Positions 36,601-50,700 of a stretch of 64,000 nucleotides of DNA are shown here, piece by piece; the stretch's first letter is position 1; every line of letters starts with the position of its first letter. The notes beneath the pieces are model-generated. The model saw nothing but the letters and a program-made list of their open reading frames with translations, was not told where the DNA came from and made no database searches. Both the position numbers and the translations under genes were made by a program. The DNA comes from Bugula neritina (Eukaryota > Animalia > Bryozoa), in contig OZ037765.1 in assembly GCA_964035545.1 (NCBI GenBank), positions 10,736,698 to 10,800,697 on the forward strand, given 5' to 3'.

Positions 36601-39600
36601 AGAAAGTATTGGTGTATACAGGAAACTTGAACAGCTGAAAGTTGTTTCGTAATTTAGAATAGATGATAAATTCAGTTTGTGGTATTTTTCAGACATGAAT
36701 TAGCCTTAGAGCTGCACCAGGAGCAGTTAAGACAGCGGGGCGTGCTGAATGACTCCGATGGTACTAGTCTGCAAGCCTTACAGACCCCTCAGCAGCAAAG
36801 GTCACAGGCTGGCCAGCAGCAAAGCTCTCTCATTACTACGATAGCCCCGCAGACAGCGGACCCCCTGGGAGTGGTGGACAGCACTCTGATGACGGGGGTG
36901 AACCAGCAGTATCTCACCTCCACCAGCGACGTACTGGATGAGGGCAGAGCTGACTCTATCATACAAGATGGCCAGTTCACTCTCAACACTCAGGTGTGTC
37001 TCTGCTGCTGTTTTCTTCCTGCTGTTTGCTTGGGGTTCATTTGGCTGTAAATAGTTTCAATACTTCACTCAATCACTACGTTCCCATACTAAGCATTACG
37101 CCAGTATATTCTTCACTTGATGCAAGGGAAAAGTGTCAATCGAATAAAGCCACAACCATAGCTTAATGCAATCCGCAACCACAAATTTATCCATATGAGA
37201 TACTTGTACGGATCCATTCAAGGATGCATGGGAACGTAGTGAATTGATCAGATGTATTTCCTCGTGGTTTCTTTTGAAAAGTAGAGATTCATAAAATGTA
37301 CAGCACACTAGTCTAAGAAAGTGATGGGTCTGTTGTAAATTTGTATTTGCTAGTTTATTATTTTCTTGTTCAACTTTGCTTTTTCAACATGTTTTAGTTT
37401 GTTGGACAAAACCTTACCTTTGGCGATCGTCAGATTTTATCGTCTAGTTTTATTGGAAATAGCAGTCAACCCAGCCTCAACCAACTCAACTACACACTGG
37501 ACCTTGGATCCATGGCTAGCACAAATATTTCAAACATTCTGCAGCCAAGGTAGAGTAAAGAAAATTCTAGAATAAATTTGTCGACTTTTTCTCTCTGATA
37601 GTGTTTGAACTCGTGTCTGCAATTGTAACTTTGCAGGTCATCATCGGAAGTACGCGTTGTCCAAAAGCCATCAGATAAAGTTGGAGAGACAACTCCCACC
37701 CTGTACACTGTGCAAACAGATGGCTCTGTAGGCAACCCGCCAGCAGGCACCATCATCGCAATGCAGAACGTGACGGTTCAGCCTGGGACGGAAGATCAAA
37801 ACCAGCAAATCGTAATGCAGGTCAGTGATGCCAGCATTCTTGGGGGTCAAGGTCAACTAGTACACGACGCTCAACAGCTGCACCACGGCCAGCACGAACA
37901 ACTCTGCAGCGTGCAGGAGTTTCAGGGAGAACACCTGGATGATGTGCACGGCCTGTCAGACCCACAGCTTCGAGTGGAACAAACTGATGAGAATTCTGAA
38001 CGAGCTGCGGAGGAACAGGACGAGATGGCTGAACAGATGGAGGATAACGCCGAGACAGAGGAATCTGTTCATGTGAGTATATATCAACCTGGTTAGGTCA
38101 TGTGATCGATTTCTTTCTGGTGGAGTGCAGCACATGTTTGAGCTTCTCACTGTGATCAGCTGTTGATATTAGACTCGCTTCTGATTGGCTCATTGCTAAG
38201 GACAGATGGTTTACTCCTGCCGCCTTCTTAAGCTTATCCTAAAGTTTATCACAGAGTTCAACCCACCAGCAATACGTTTATTCATTGTATGCTTTCATTC
38301 TTGCAGATGGAAGAGCCACGCAGTCCTGTGAAGGAGATACACGCGACTATTGAAGACGTGACTGAGGTTAGACCGCGGGCACCGAGAGAAATGGGTGTGG
38401 GAAAGCGTCGCTATGATTGTACAAAGTGCGAGAAAACATTCCTCAAATCTAGTCTATTGAAGGAGCATCTTCAAGTGCATGCTGGTGAGTGATGACACTG
38501 TCAACTTGTTTCATCCCATATCCGCTGTTTGTATGTGGTTACGACTTGCCCAATATGCTGCAATTCTTGTATTTCATACAGAACATTGTTTCAGGAGATT
38601 AAATTTTGTAAATTTTTATAGCATTTGAAAATTTTAATATCAGTTTGCATGTGTGGTGGGCCATCACAATACAAATACTCTCCAAGCGCGTACCTCTATA
38701 GTCTATAGTATGATAGGTATTTTTACTTTAATGATATTCTTGCAGCAACAAAGCCATTCCAGTGCAAGAAATGTAAGCGGGCATTTGTTAGCCAGGCTTC
38801 GTTGGATAAGCATGTGAAAACCCATTTGGCAGTTAAGGAATTCACCTGTGAGCTGTGTAACTCCAGTTTCACGAGTCATAGCATGCTCAATGCCCACATG
38901 GTCACACATGCCACTTTCAAGCGTCACAAGTGCCAGTATTGTAACGCTCACTTTAAAAGTATCGAGGAGATGATGGAGCATGTCAAGCAGTCCCATGTTC
39001 CTGGAACCAGTGCTTTACCCAACATCGAAGAAGGTGATATAAGTTGGTTACTTTAGCTTTAATACTTTCGATCATAGAGTTCTACATGGTTTTTACTATT
39101 TTTGGTTGCATTTGAAAATTAAATAGATTTTTCCTGTAACATACAAAATTATGTGTAGTGAGCAGATTGAAGCCTGTGAGGACCAGAGTTTCTCGTCACA
39201 ACGTTGTCATGATTGCCCCAGACGATTACCTGAATTTAACAGCCAATGAGTTTGCAGCTGCCGCCAAGCCATCTGCCGGTGCGAGTGCTAATAAGCAGTA
39301 CGTTGATCCTATCACAGTTAGTCACAAAATTCTGAGAGAAGCAGCTGCTGAGAAAGATAGAGTTAGTGAAGTGGTGGATAAAGAGAAGCTGGTAAGTCAA
39401 GGAGGGCTACCAAAGTTATTCCAGATTTCCAGCTTGTTTAGTCTTCTGCTGAGATCTATAGTCAGCCTGGCAACTTGTAGCCCAAGTGGTTGTTGTATTG
39501 AAAAGATGCTGGTTTGCATTGCAACAATTTTAGCATGATGTAAAACAGAGGTTTACATTGTTAAAACAGGTTTATTTGTTTTATAATATTACTAATAGAT

Positions 39601-42600
39601 GCTAAATGTTTGTCTATCTTCTATTTTGTACTGGGTAACTTCAGTTTCATACAATCCTGGTAATCAATTCAAATCTTTAAAAATATAGGGAAAAACTCAA
39701 ATAATCCGGTGAAATAATTTTTGAATTATTGAGTTGTAGATTGAGAAGTTGGAAAACATGCCTAAACACCCCCATCGGTGTAAAATTTGCCCTCGTAGCT
39801 TTAAGAAACCCAGCGACTTGGCAAGACATTTCAGAATTCACACGGGAGAAAAGCCGTTTGTGTGCGACAAGTGCAATAAGTCCTTCACTGTCAAGTCTAC
39901 CCTCTTGTGTCACTTGAAAACTCACCGAGGCCGTAAGTCGCTTTCATTCATGTTTCCTGTGCTATATATTGCAAAGTACTATGGGTAATTTGTATCACAT
40001 GCTACTAATACCCTCATTCTGTACTTAACGCTTCTAGTTTTGTAGTACTTACAAAAAGTATTTTTGAACTTTAAGCCTATCAACAACGTTTTGGCAGGTC
40101 TTTGAACTACCATAAGGCTCTTGGCATGACACATCTAACATGTTGGTTCAATTGACCTCTCCATGACCTCGTATGTCTCTTTCTGTAGATGAGAAGGTGT
40201 ACCACTGTCATCTGTGTAACTCACCATTCGCAACCAAGGGCACACTGAAAGTGCACATGAGGTTGCACACAGGGGCGAAACCCTTCAAGTGTCCATACTG
40301 CGACGCCACGTTTAGGACCTCCGGGCATAGAAAGAATCACATGAGCACACATGTCAAGTCCACTCAGGAGAAGAAACTTTCTCGGAAATCTTTCTCTAAA
40401 CAGACTGAACAAGACAAAGTTTGCAATACTCAAACGCCGGTTAGTTCATTCCTTATGCATAACTGCTAGGTCTTTGCCCAGGTTGTCTTGTAACTCTATG
40501 ATCACTGTGTGGCTGTCATCTCTCTGCGTCTATTAATGGCACTCTGGTAGTTCTGGTAATTGGTATCGAATTTCTTGTTACACAACTTTGTTACTTTCTG
40601 TATGAATTGAAACTGGAGAAGTTGATTGCTATTGGTTGCAGTTAAGATTATATCAAGCAGTTTCATGGGTTATACATATTTACTCACCATATAATGTATT
40701 CATATAGTATCAGTATAAAGTTTTTTTTGTTTCAAGCCACACTATATAAAGAAGGAAGATCGTACATTTAAAACTTTGATATATAATTCTTTTCTAGCAA
40801 ATGGCTCAGTACATCAATCTGGATGCAATGACTCAGCAGTCGCCTGCCGTGCTGAACATGGACTCAGTTATACAGATTGGTGATATTCCCGCTATAGAAG
40901 GTATGTCGCTACTTTACAACTCAAGTACCACAATTCTTGGAGCAATATTTCATTTTTATTTGATAAATGATGCTATGCAGTCTCTGAAACTATTAATCTT
41001 AGAGCATCTTCCCATGATTTGTATTTATTGTTGTGTGTCTCAATATAAGTTTGGAGCTTAGTTTGTTTCAGTTGTGGTTTTAGTCGTTTCCTAAATATTC
41101 TACGCATTAACTCACTCAGAGTATTGGTATGTAACAGGTCTTCAGCTCCAACTCACAAACTCGTTGTCTGGCCAGCCTGGTTTACAAATCACTGGCATAG
41201 AGCCGGGCATGCAGCCTCTACCCCTTCACATTGACAACAACCTGCTGGCTCAGCTCCAGCAAGGTGGTAATCTCAACATAACTGTCGACACAAATGGCAC
41301 ACTTAGAGCTCAGAGTGTTACAATGGCTGACCCAAACCTTATTCAAGTGAGTGATTTGTTGTAATACAAGGAATTTATTGAATGCGATCTGTAAAATTAA
41401 TTATTACATAATTTAGTTAGTACTTGGCTTAAACATTATGCAAGTTATAAAATTTGATTCAAATTAGTTTTTTTACAGTTGTAGCTCTCGTCGTCCATGT
41501 CTTAATTTTTCTTTTCTTTTTGGCATTTCAATATTGTTTTAATTGGTTTTATTGCGAAGGTTTAACCTGCTGTAGTTGTATGAGAAAGTTGTGCGTTTCA
41601 TGCTGACGGTATTTAGAGGTTTTCTGCTGTGTTAACTTTGGTATCGTTATATAGTTTGAAACTTACTTATTCAAAACAACATAATGAGATAGGTGTCATT
41701 GGCCTTTATATACAGCAATAATTGACAGATTTTGTGCTCTGTTTTTAGGCAAATATTCCTTGCTTCAAAATATATGATAAAAAAATTGGTGTGTGACAAT
41801 AGGTATTGGAGCTTTAAAACTAGTTTTTCATTTTGCAACGAGACTTCTTCATTTATCAACTACTATATGTTGTGGTTTCTAGATTCCCACAGATGGTGAA
41901 TTGCTGCAGACGTCTCAACAGGAAGTAGAGCAGCAGACAATTATACAGGCATCTGCTGATGGTCAGCTGATTGCTTCTGAACAGCAGGTGATTGTTTCTC
42001 CACAATAACATGCTTCTTAGTTTCTGATGTACGGATGTACGCTATCAAGGCCTGATAAATAATAGAGATTAGTTAGATTGGTTAGAAAGATGTTGTGTAT
42101 CAAACTTTTGCATGGTCAGAGTATCATGATTTTTATGTGCTACCTTAAAATAGTCACCAAACTACTTGCTGGCTCTGTTTGGGTCATAGTCTAAACTATT
42201 GACATTAAAGATTTTATAAAGATAGTTGGTTGGTGGATGGTTCTACATAGAATCGCTGAAAATGCCAAAACTTGATATGCTATAATCAAACTGAACCAAA
42301 TTTTTGCAAAATAGGTTGCCTGTCGCCAATGTCAGTCAAACTCACATTTATTTCATGGACTATGTATTGCGCTATCATAATTTTTTATGCGGTGAATTTA
42401 TTTTATTCAAATTATCAAATATTGAAAATAATAACTGTTCACTAGCAGGAAACATTATATTGCGGTGCATTTCTTGCCTGTAACATGTTTGTGTTCAAAT
42501 GCTGTCTGGCATTTTCAGCTCGAAAGTTACAAATGTTTTTAATCTTTTGTATTCCCACAAGTTGAAAGGCATACAAGTGCTTTTCTGAATTATTATTTAA

Positions 42601-44271
42601 TTTTACCAAAGGACACTGTTGTTCTCATTGGAAAACTATTTTATATTTCATCATCACGGTTGTGTCTTAAGTTTGTTACAGCCTGTCCTCTTCATATTGT
42701 ATAATCCGAATGGTTTGCAGATATCGGCTCTCTCAGACTTAAATTCTACAGTAGATGACGGTCCAGGCTCAACCCATGTTGATCTGGTCGGCCATGAAGA
42801 CATACCCGAGACCGAGCTACAAGATATCAACAATTTACCAGATTCTGCTCTTGCTTGTAATGTATGTTTAATACCAAAGCTGGTTGCTTATTCATATGAT
42901 GTGGCCTCTATTGGCAGGTTTGCCAAATATACTTGGTTTATGCATGAAGATGAGAAACGCCCTCTGTTGTATCTACAAATATTTTGCATAGCCTATATGT
43001 ATTTTATTTTTTATTTCCTGATTAATATAAGTGCTTAAATGTCCATACTGTTTCACTAAACAAGCTGATGGACATACAGGTGGTCATTCCGAGATTAGAC
43101 AGTTTTTGAACATAGTATTAGTATTTAGTTATTGTTCTTTTCTCTGTAGATATGTGGTCAAATAACAAAAGATGAGAACGCGTTAGCAGAGCATTTACTC
43201 GCACATGACGAGAATGCTGCTACTGGCCGAGTGAAGAAGATTAACAAGTGCAATACTTGTAATAAAGTTTTTGATAAACCTAGTCAGCTGGCCCGGCACC
43301 TTCGAACTCATACTGGTAAGTTTATTGTCCTCTAACACTTGGTTACATCAGCGTTATAATTGTCACTAGAAATGCATACTTGATGGCGCATCATCACTAG
43401 GTTTTTACGCAATTCTCTACTGCGATGTCTTTTAATGAGAAGGGACACTGCAGCATTTGAAAGAATGATTATTAAAGTTTGATTTGAAGTTATCAATTTC
43501 TGTTCCAATTTGCAATAGATTTGAAGTATGGAAAGCTAGTGAATGATATTATGTCATAATGTGTAGTGTTGGTGTACATGTGTATTTACATAACTTTACA
43601 TTGTAGGTGAGAAGCCCTATGTGTGCCCTACATGTCGAAAGGCTTTCAGTCAGAAAAATACTCTTCAGGTTCATATGGCTAAACACTCTGGTCTCCGTCC
43701 TTTCCAGTGCCCTCACTGTGATCAGAAGTTTACTCAGAAGGGTGAGTTTATACATTATACTCTATACTGGCCAATCAAACTCTATGCTGTCCAGTCAATT
43801 CTATTTTAGCCAACCAAATAATAGATACAAGCCAATCAAACTCTAGATCCTAGCCAATCAAACTATGCTGGCCAATTGAAGTCCTCCAGGTTTTTTTATA
43901 GCTCAAAGTAGACTTTTCAGTGCCCATAACAAGTACCTAATGACAATATTGTACCGCCATCTGGCACTGTGTTAGGATTTCCAATGCATGTGTTGCATAG
44001 TGTTTCTACTCAATGTTATGTAGAGAAATTTTATTGGTTAGGTAACATGAAAACTCACATGAGAAGAGCCCATCCTGATTACACAACAGTACATGAAGAT
44101 GTGATTTACTATGAGCCTACGGCAGATAACATAGACGATGATGTACAATCAGCAGTTGGTGAACATGAGAGTGCTCTAACAACATCTCAAGTGTTGGAAC
44201 CAGTTGTGTCAGATGATAATCAGTATTTGCTCTACAGTGACAGATCGGCCATCGTAAACAATTTGTTATAG
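27626..44271 (+). CDS. ZNF236: Multi-C2H2 zinc finger protein, ZNF236 orthologue
   Basis: 29 C2H2 fingers counted by eye across more than 20 exons. Diagnostic segments recalled from ZNF236: [100 protein letters not shown]. First exon 27626-27668 is in phase with 29385; stop at 44269-44271. Confidence 0.9.
27950..29200. repeat. Degenerate 6-bp-periodic tract in ZNF236 intron 1
   Basis: Examples: actatg agtatc agtatg tctata ggttta agtttg cgtatc ggcata; aatgat aatcat aatgac. Confidence 0.7.
31523..31715. mobile_element. Tc1/mariner-type MITE remnant in a ZNF236 intron
   Basis: Left end TACATTGCTCCTTTCGTATCTCAC versus reverse-complemented right end TACAGTGCCCCCTCCATATCTCAC (TA + CAGTG terminus). 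Confidence 0.55.
43768..43880. repeat. Degenerate ~20-bp repeat with GCCAATCAAACT core
   Basis: Several (G/A)GCCAATCAAACT(CT)A-like units in the last ZNF236 intron. Confidence 0.6.
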
Positions 44272-44707
44272 CCATCTCAACTCAAAATAGTTTGTATAAT
44301 ATATTACCATGTAATATATTGATGCTTGTACATAATTAATAATATAATAATATTTATAATGTACATTTCTTTTGCACTCATGTTCAAACACAACTCAATA
44401 AGGTGTTTTTGTCTATTTTGGTATTATTTATTTAAATAAACTTATATTAATGTGAACAATGCATAAAATAAATTTATTATTTTAATGTTCTAAGTAGCGT
44501 GAACTTGGACTAACTATTAAAATAATTTGGAAGGAAATGCCTGCATTTTAGTACCAATTGTTGATTTATAGAATATAAACTGTAGACAGCTATGCATTAA
44601 GTAGTGAAATTGTAAAAGTAATATCAAACAATCTTTTCAAGATTAGGAATAAAAAACCTGAAGATTTGGGTTAGGTAGGTTACAGCCAAAGTGAACATAT
44701 AAGTCAT

Positions 44708-47700
44708 CTATGTTGTGCCATTTGGAACACTTTGACCCGTCTGTTTAGGCTTGGGAAAGACTCTCGGAGAAGGGTTATCATTTGGTTTAGGAGGTGATTG
44801 CTGAGCTAAGGCCAGTGAAGGTGTAATGCTGTCTGGTTTCTCCGGAGCTGTCTCCACGTACGTTGATTTGGTTTTATCACGTCTCTTAGCAAGAAGAGCA
44901 GCTAACTGATTATCTGCTACAAGGGATGTGTCATTTATATTCTTGGGTTGATGTTCCTTTCTTGTTCTCTTCATTTTCACCTAAAAAGAATTGAATTTGA
45001 ACATCACTAGTCGAAATGTTTTAATAAGATCTGTATTCAAAATTTAGATTAGCATTTCACCTAGTAATAAGAACTATCCATGCATTTTTTCCTTTGCTGT
45101 CGCAAAGTATATCCTCCAGCTACAATGCTCAAGTTGAGGTAGCCGTTAGTTGCCAAAATGTATGTACTAAGTTTTGAGGCAAGAAAATTTAGACAAAAAA
45201 TAAAACTTACTAAGTAGTTGTGCATCTCTTTCATAGCCTCGCCATCTCGCTCTGCGGGATGATGATCATCTGGCTAAAAAATACAAAAAACAAGATCAAA
45301 ATACATAGTGTCATCATACGGTTACTATTAAAACTACTAGATGTTGTTAGGAATCCGGTCCTTGTGGTGTAATGGTTAGCACGCCTGCTTGCAAGCAGAA
45401 GGTCTCAGGTTTGAATCCCCAGTGAAGGCAAAAGTTTTATAACAGAATAAAACATGTTATAAATTGGGGACGTGAATTTATACGGAATTCAATTTCTCAG
45501 CTCTGGTTCTGCTTGTCAGTTGTGATAATTAAGTTTAAATTATACTGGTGATGAACACCATACTATTAAAATCTAACTTAGTAAATCATGAGCTGTAAAA
45601 TGAAAATAACATTCCTTGAAATCTACAAGTACTTCCCATTCTTAATAGTAACTGCAAACTGTTTTTTGGCACAGGGAACACAACTTCAACTTATATAATG
45701 TTATATAATCCATGCTCACGTTGTGCAGATAGTTTACCAACATTTATACTGAAGGATTTGATGCACAAGAAAATGTGTAAAAGCCAAAGTTTAAAAAAAA
45801 TCTGAAATGGAAAAAATTTAAAGATATAATCAAAATATCACAATAAAAGATAATCACGACCACTGTTTTGAACCATTATTTCAAATGATTCAAAATAAAA
45901 CAGATCACATATGAGAGATTGGCAGCATTGAAGGTTATCATGCTGAAAGGACTGTATTGTTACAACCTAAAAGTGAAGGTCATTAATCAATCGACTTAGT
46001 ATGTACAAATCTTTAATGAGTCATTTAGTCCCGAGTTACAGTTAATAGCAGATGTAAAAGACAGCTACCTGACAACAAAGTTATTACCGAGAGTTGTTTC
46101 TAGCAGAAAGTGACAGCTGAAACCTCATCCTACAAGAGTACTACTTTAAACATAAAGATGTTATTTAATGAGTAAACTTTAGAAAAAGTGTTTCGCAACT
46201 TTGAGTCCAAAAATACATTAGAAAAATAAATTTTGGTGACTGCAGTAAAAATACATTCAGATTAGAAAAAGAACACAATTCCACACAACATATTGGTTGT
46301 GGAATATTCTTACCCTGGAGTTCAAGTCGACCTTCTTCAACCCTACGCCTGTCTGAATTCTCTTCATCATTTCAAGCATGGCATCTTGCATTGAATCTTT
46401 ATTTTGGAGCGCCTCTGGATTGTACAAGAAGCAGTGAATAACAAAACATGCAAAACTGTATGTTGGTGCATCACGTTATTAAGCCAAATATTGAGCTACC
46501 ATGGTGTTAATGAGTTACATGTGCAGTATGACCCCCCATACCAAATTTTAAAATATAAAATGATATTCAATTAATAGCTGTTTCTAACAAAATAAAGATA
46601 TAAAAACTCATACTCAGGTTATCCCCAAATCACAAAATTAAGTGAAAATCGAATAGTGGAAAACTAACATCTGCCAGTACAACAGCATGAATGTCTTTGT
46701 CATTATATAGTGAAGCATTTATAGCATTGTAGCAGATATCTTTTCATGATGACGCATATTACAAGCTAGCAGATACTCTTCTTAATCAGACTGTCAAATC
46801 AACTCAAGTTAAACTTTAACTTGATTTTGTTTAGTAACAGCTCCATAGTGACAAATTAACAACAGGATTACCTTTTCCAACTATGTTCTGCAACTGTTGC
46901 TCTTTTCTTTTCTTCTTGTTGATTACAAGTTTACTAAACATAAAAAATAAATGACCACTAGATCTATATACAAATAAAACTTTTCAGGAATTGTATTTAA
47001 TACAAAATTTAGATAGCCTGAAATAGATACAACTGACGAGAAATACTGTAGCAGCTGCTTCTGAATGTCAATGAACAAAATGCTATTGGCTTTTAGGGGT
47101 AGAAAACTTCTATTTGAGACTCACAATTCACTACATACAATAATTAAATTATAAGGAATAACTTGCATGTTTTTAAAAATTAATAAATTAACTTTGAACT
47201 GTGACAATGAAATTAAACGAGAGTAAGAAGGTATATTAGATTCCCATCAGACAAAACAAAATATTTTATTTATCATTTTAATTTACTTCCTTCCCATTTA
47301 GTAGAACAGCTAAAAGTTCAATGCTCAACAAAGATTAATATAATTATATAACCCAGCAAACAGTAAAAAACACAACTAATGATTTGTAAACTTCATATAC
47401 TCTATTACACTCACCTGATGCCTCCAGGAGGACCAGGTGGTGGGGGTGGGGGAGGTGGAGGGGGTGGTGGCGGAGCAGGTGGAGCTACAGGCATACGACT
47501 CAGTGCATCTCCTAAAACGTTGAGTGTAATGTTGAGAAAACAAAATATCCGAAGAACAAAAGCAAATAAAAAATATAAAACAAGAATAACAATGACTCAC
47601 TTTCTTTTTCCAGTTTGGTTACAGTAGCCTTCAGAACTTCAGAATTTTGTTTTTCAGCTTCGAGATTTCCATTGACTCTTTCTAAATCTTCTTTTAATAT

Positions 47701-50700
47701 TTCGATCTTCTCTTCCAAGTTCTCAACTGTGGAGTGTTCTGTGCTGTCTTTCAGCTGCTGCTTTAACTCCTCAATCTGCACATTCAAATATAATGATATT
47801 CATACATCTTCAGATTTATACTTGCATCATTACATCATAGACTATCACATTACATAACAGCGAAACTACATACACAATGTAAAACAATTTTATTAAAAAA
47901 TTATAAAGGTTGAATCACAAATCATAAAATAATAATAATATTTAATGACAGTAAGTAAAACAAACCGCTCCAGTAAAATATATTAAAATAACGCATTAAC
48001 ACATAACTTACACAAACTATAAACTAACTTCAAACACATTAACCACCTCACAACACAAACATATTACCAGGCGAAATTTCTTTCCTGTGTAGCATACCGA
48101 TAATATTATTGAGATAGGATGCTGTAATATTTTTGAAGTCAAAATAGTTGCAAAAAATTATTTTTTGTGCAATAATAAAAACGTAGTTATAATTATTCAA
48201 TAAAGAAAATTGAGTAATATAGCATAGTAGTGTACAAATGACAAAACCTCTGCATAATAATAAACTAACAGGAATTTGATCACAACTGATGTTCTTTATC
48301 TGTGTCTGTATTAGTTCACATGGGAAGAATAACAAAATGATCGATTATAACTTATGATTTCTACCAGATACTAAAAGGTAGAAACAGGTGTAATATATTT
48401 ATATTATAGAGCATATCACGAGGGCAATAAATAATAATATATTAGCAAATAGTGTTTTCCACCGCAAGTACAATCTGTGCATATATATTATTTTCAAACT
48501 AAAAAATTGCAACTTCATTCAGTTTTGATGTTAGCAACTTACTGATGATTTACTCAATTCTTTTAGCATCTTGCATGATGAATATAGATTCAGGCATATA
48601 GGGTGATTAGAACTGCTAGTTGGGCACTAAGCTTTGCTTTAGTGTAGAATATGTTTACAGTGCGTATAACATTATTCCTAACAAAACCAAGGATTTGCCC
48701 TATTTCGGTGTTGATATTTCAAATCTGGCACATGTTATCAACTGAAGTTGACACTTTACAAGACAATGGGGTATAAAACCCCTCATAAACTGGGAATACA
48801 GTTACTTTTACGGCACATAGCGGAAAGCGGTTCGGGTTTGCTCCTTTTAGAAAATACAAACCTGAGCGATGTAGGTGGCTTCTTGCTGAGAGATTTGACC
48901 GTGCAACTTTTCAATTTCTTCAGTTAATTTACTGAGGGATTCATTTTGATTGGCTGAACTAGCATTGGGAGTAACCTGCTCTATTGTGGAATTCCTTTTT
49001 CTCTGAAGCTACAAATATAATATAATACTATTATATTATATATTTTCATACTTTAGGTACATGCAAACTATATTCCAACCTAAATATGCCCCAGAACTCC
49101 ACACATTGCTAACATTACCCTGCCCTATACACATAAGTAATGCAGACACAATAGTATAGCATAGTATCTTATAGCATAGTATCTTATAGCATAGTATCTT
49201 ATAGCATAGTATCTTATAGCATAGTATCTTATAGCATAGTGTCTTATAGCATAGTATCTTATAGCATAGTATCTTATAGCATAGTATCTTATAGCACAAT
49301 ATCTATAGTAAAACTAAAACTATTACAATATCCATCAACTCCAACTTCCTCATACCAATGAGTAATATTTCACTAGTTACAACATAACTAGTAACTAAAC
49401 CAAATTATGCAGTAAAAGTATACGAGGCCCTTGAAATATGCTAATAAAAGTGTTCTTAAATCCTATACGCAAATAAAATGAACAATTTTCTAGTACTATT
49501 TTAAAATCAAATTTTACTCTAAATAAACATCAACTTAATTCTTACAATTTTGAACTGTTGATATATCAGCTTTAAAATCCTTGTAGGACTGACCAATCCA
49601 GCTAGCTCTAGACTAACAAACCTTTTATAATGACGACAACAAGAGTAAATAGGAAACTACTAGCAAAGTAGCAGTCAATGTACATAAAGCATCTACAGCC
49701 ACTAAACCTGAATGACACATCTTACCAGTGCAACATCAACTAAAAATATGTATATAAATAAATATAAAAATCCGCTGATGGGCGGAGTTATCCTCCCAAT
49801 ATTTGGTCTTGGAGCTTACATATTAGTGATTAAAAATACTTTGGAGGAAAGTGAAGTCAAAATGTTCACCTGCACAGTATTTCAAATAGACCTACAAGAA
49901 TTATCATTTTACAGAGCTTTGGACTCCAGAGTCTTTGTGAATAAGAAAGTCATGCATTACCAACGCAATTATGTCTAATATTGCATGATCAGGAAGAAGC
50001 GCATACAATACAAAGAACTATTTCCTTATTTAAATGCAAGACTTATTACAGCATGGCAGCCAGTGTTAGATGTGAATTGACTTTATTCACTAGCATGAAG
50101 CTATCAACTAAATTCTCCATTTTATATTTATTGTAACACCTTTTCATACCCATCCTAAATGAATCAGGGGTTGCTGCTTTCTGATAATATATTTGATTCT
50201 ATTGTTGATTGCTAGTTGTGAAACTGTGTTAAACTCTTTAGTGAAACACTGCTGATTTAGCAGCATTCAATTCCCTTATTTAAAATATAGGTACTAGAAA
50301 AACTAATCAATTTATAAACATTCTACAGATTATTTTTACTTCCTTAAGATAATACAATATTACTCTAGCTTTATCTTTCACTACACAAAGTCTAAAAACA
50401 AACTAAAGAGCTGTTAGGCCATAATATTATTGGTAGGATGTTTGACCTATGTCCTCATGTAGCTTACCTCTCCGGCATATACTTCTGCTTGTAGTCTGAG
50501 GGTCTTTTCTGTGTCATACTGGTCTCTAAGAGATATGTAATCCTGGTAGGCTAGCGAAGACACTACAACACAGTATATTCAATGTGTACATGTTTAAATA
50601 AAATATATATCAAATGTGTACATGCTTGAGCTTGAATAGTTTAGTTTACTAGAAGCAATTCAAATGCAAAATTACAATGTTTTCAAGAGATTCCATCATA

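Noticed and set aside
47379-47627. Poly-glycine ORF on the plus strand
   Set aside because: Antisense of the shootin polyproline exon.
49036-49299. (CYKIL)n ORF
   Set aside because: Translation of a 15-bp intronic tandem repeat.
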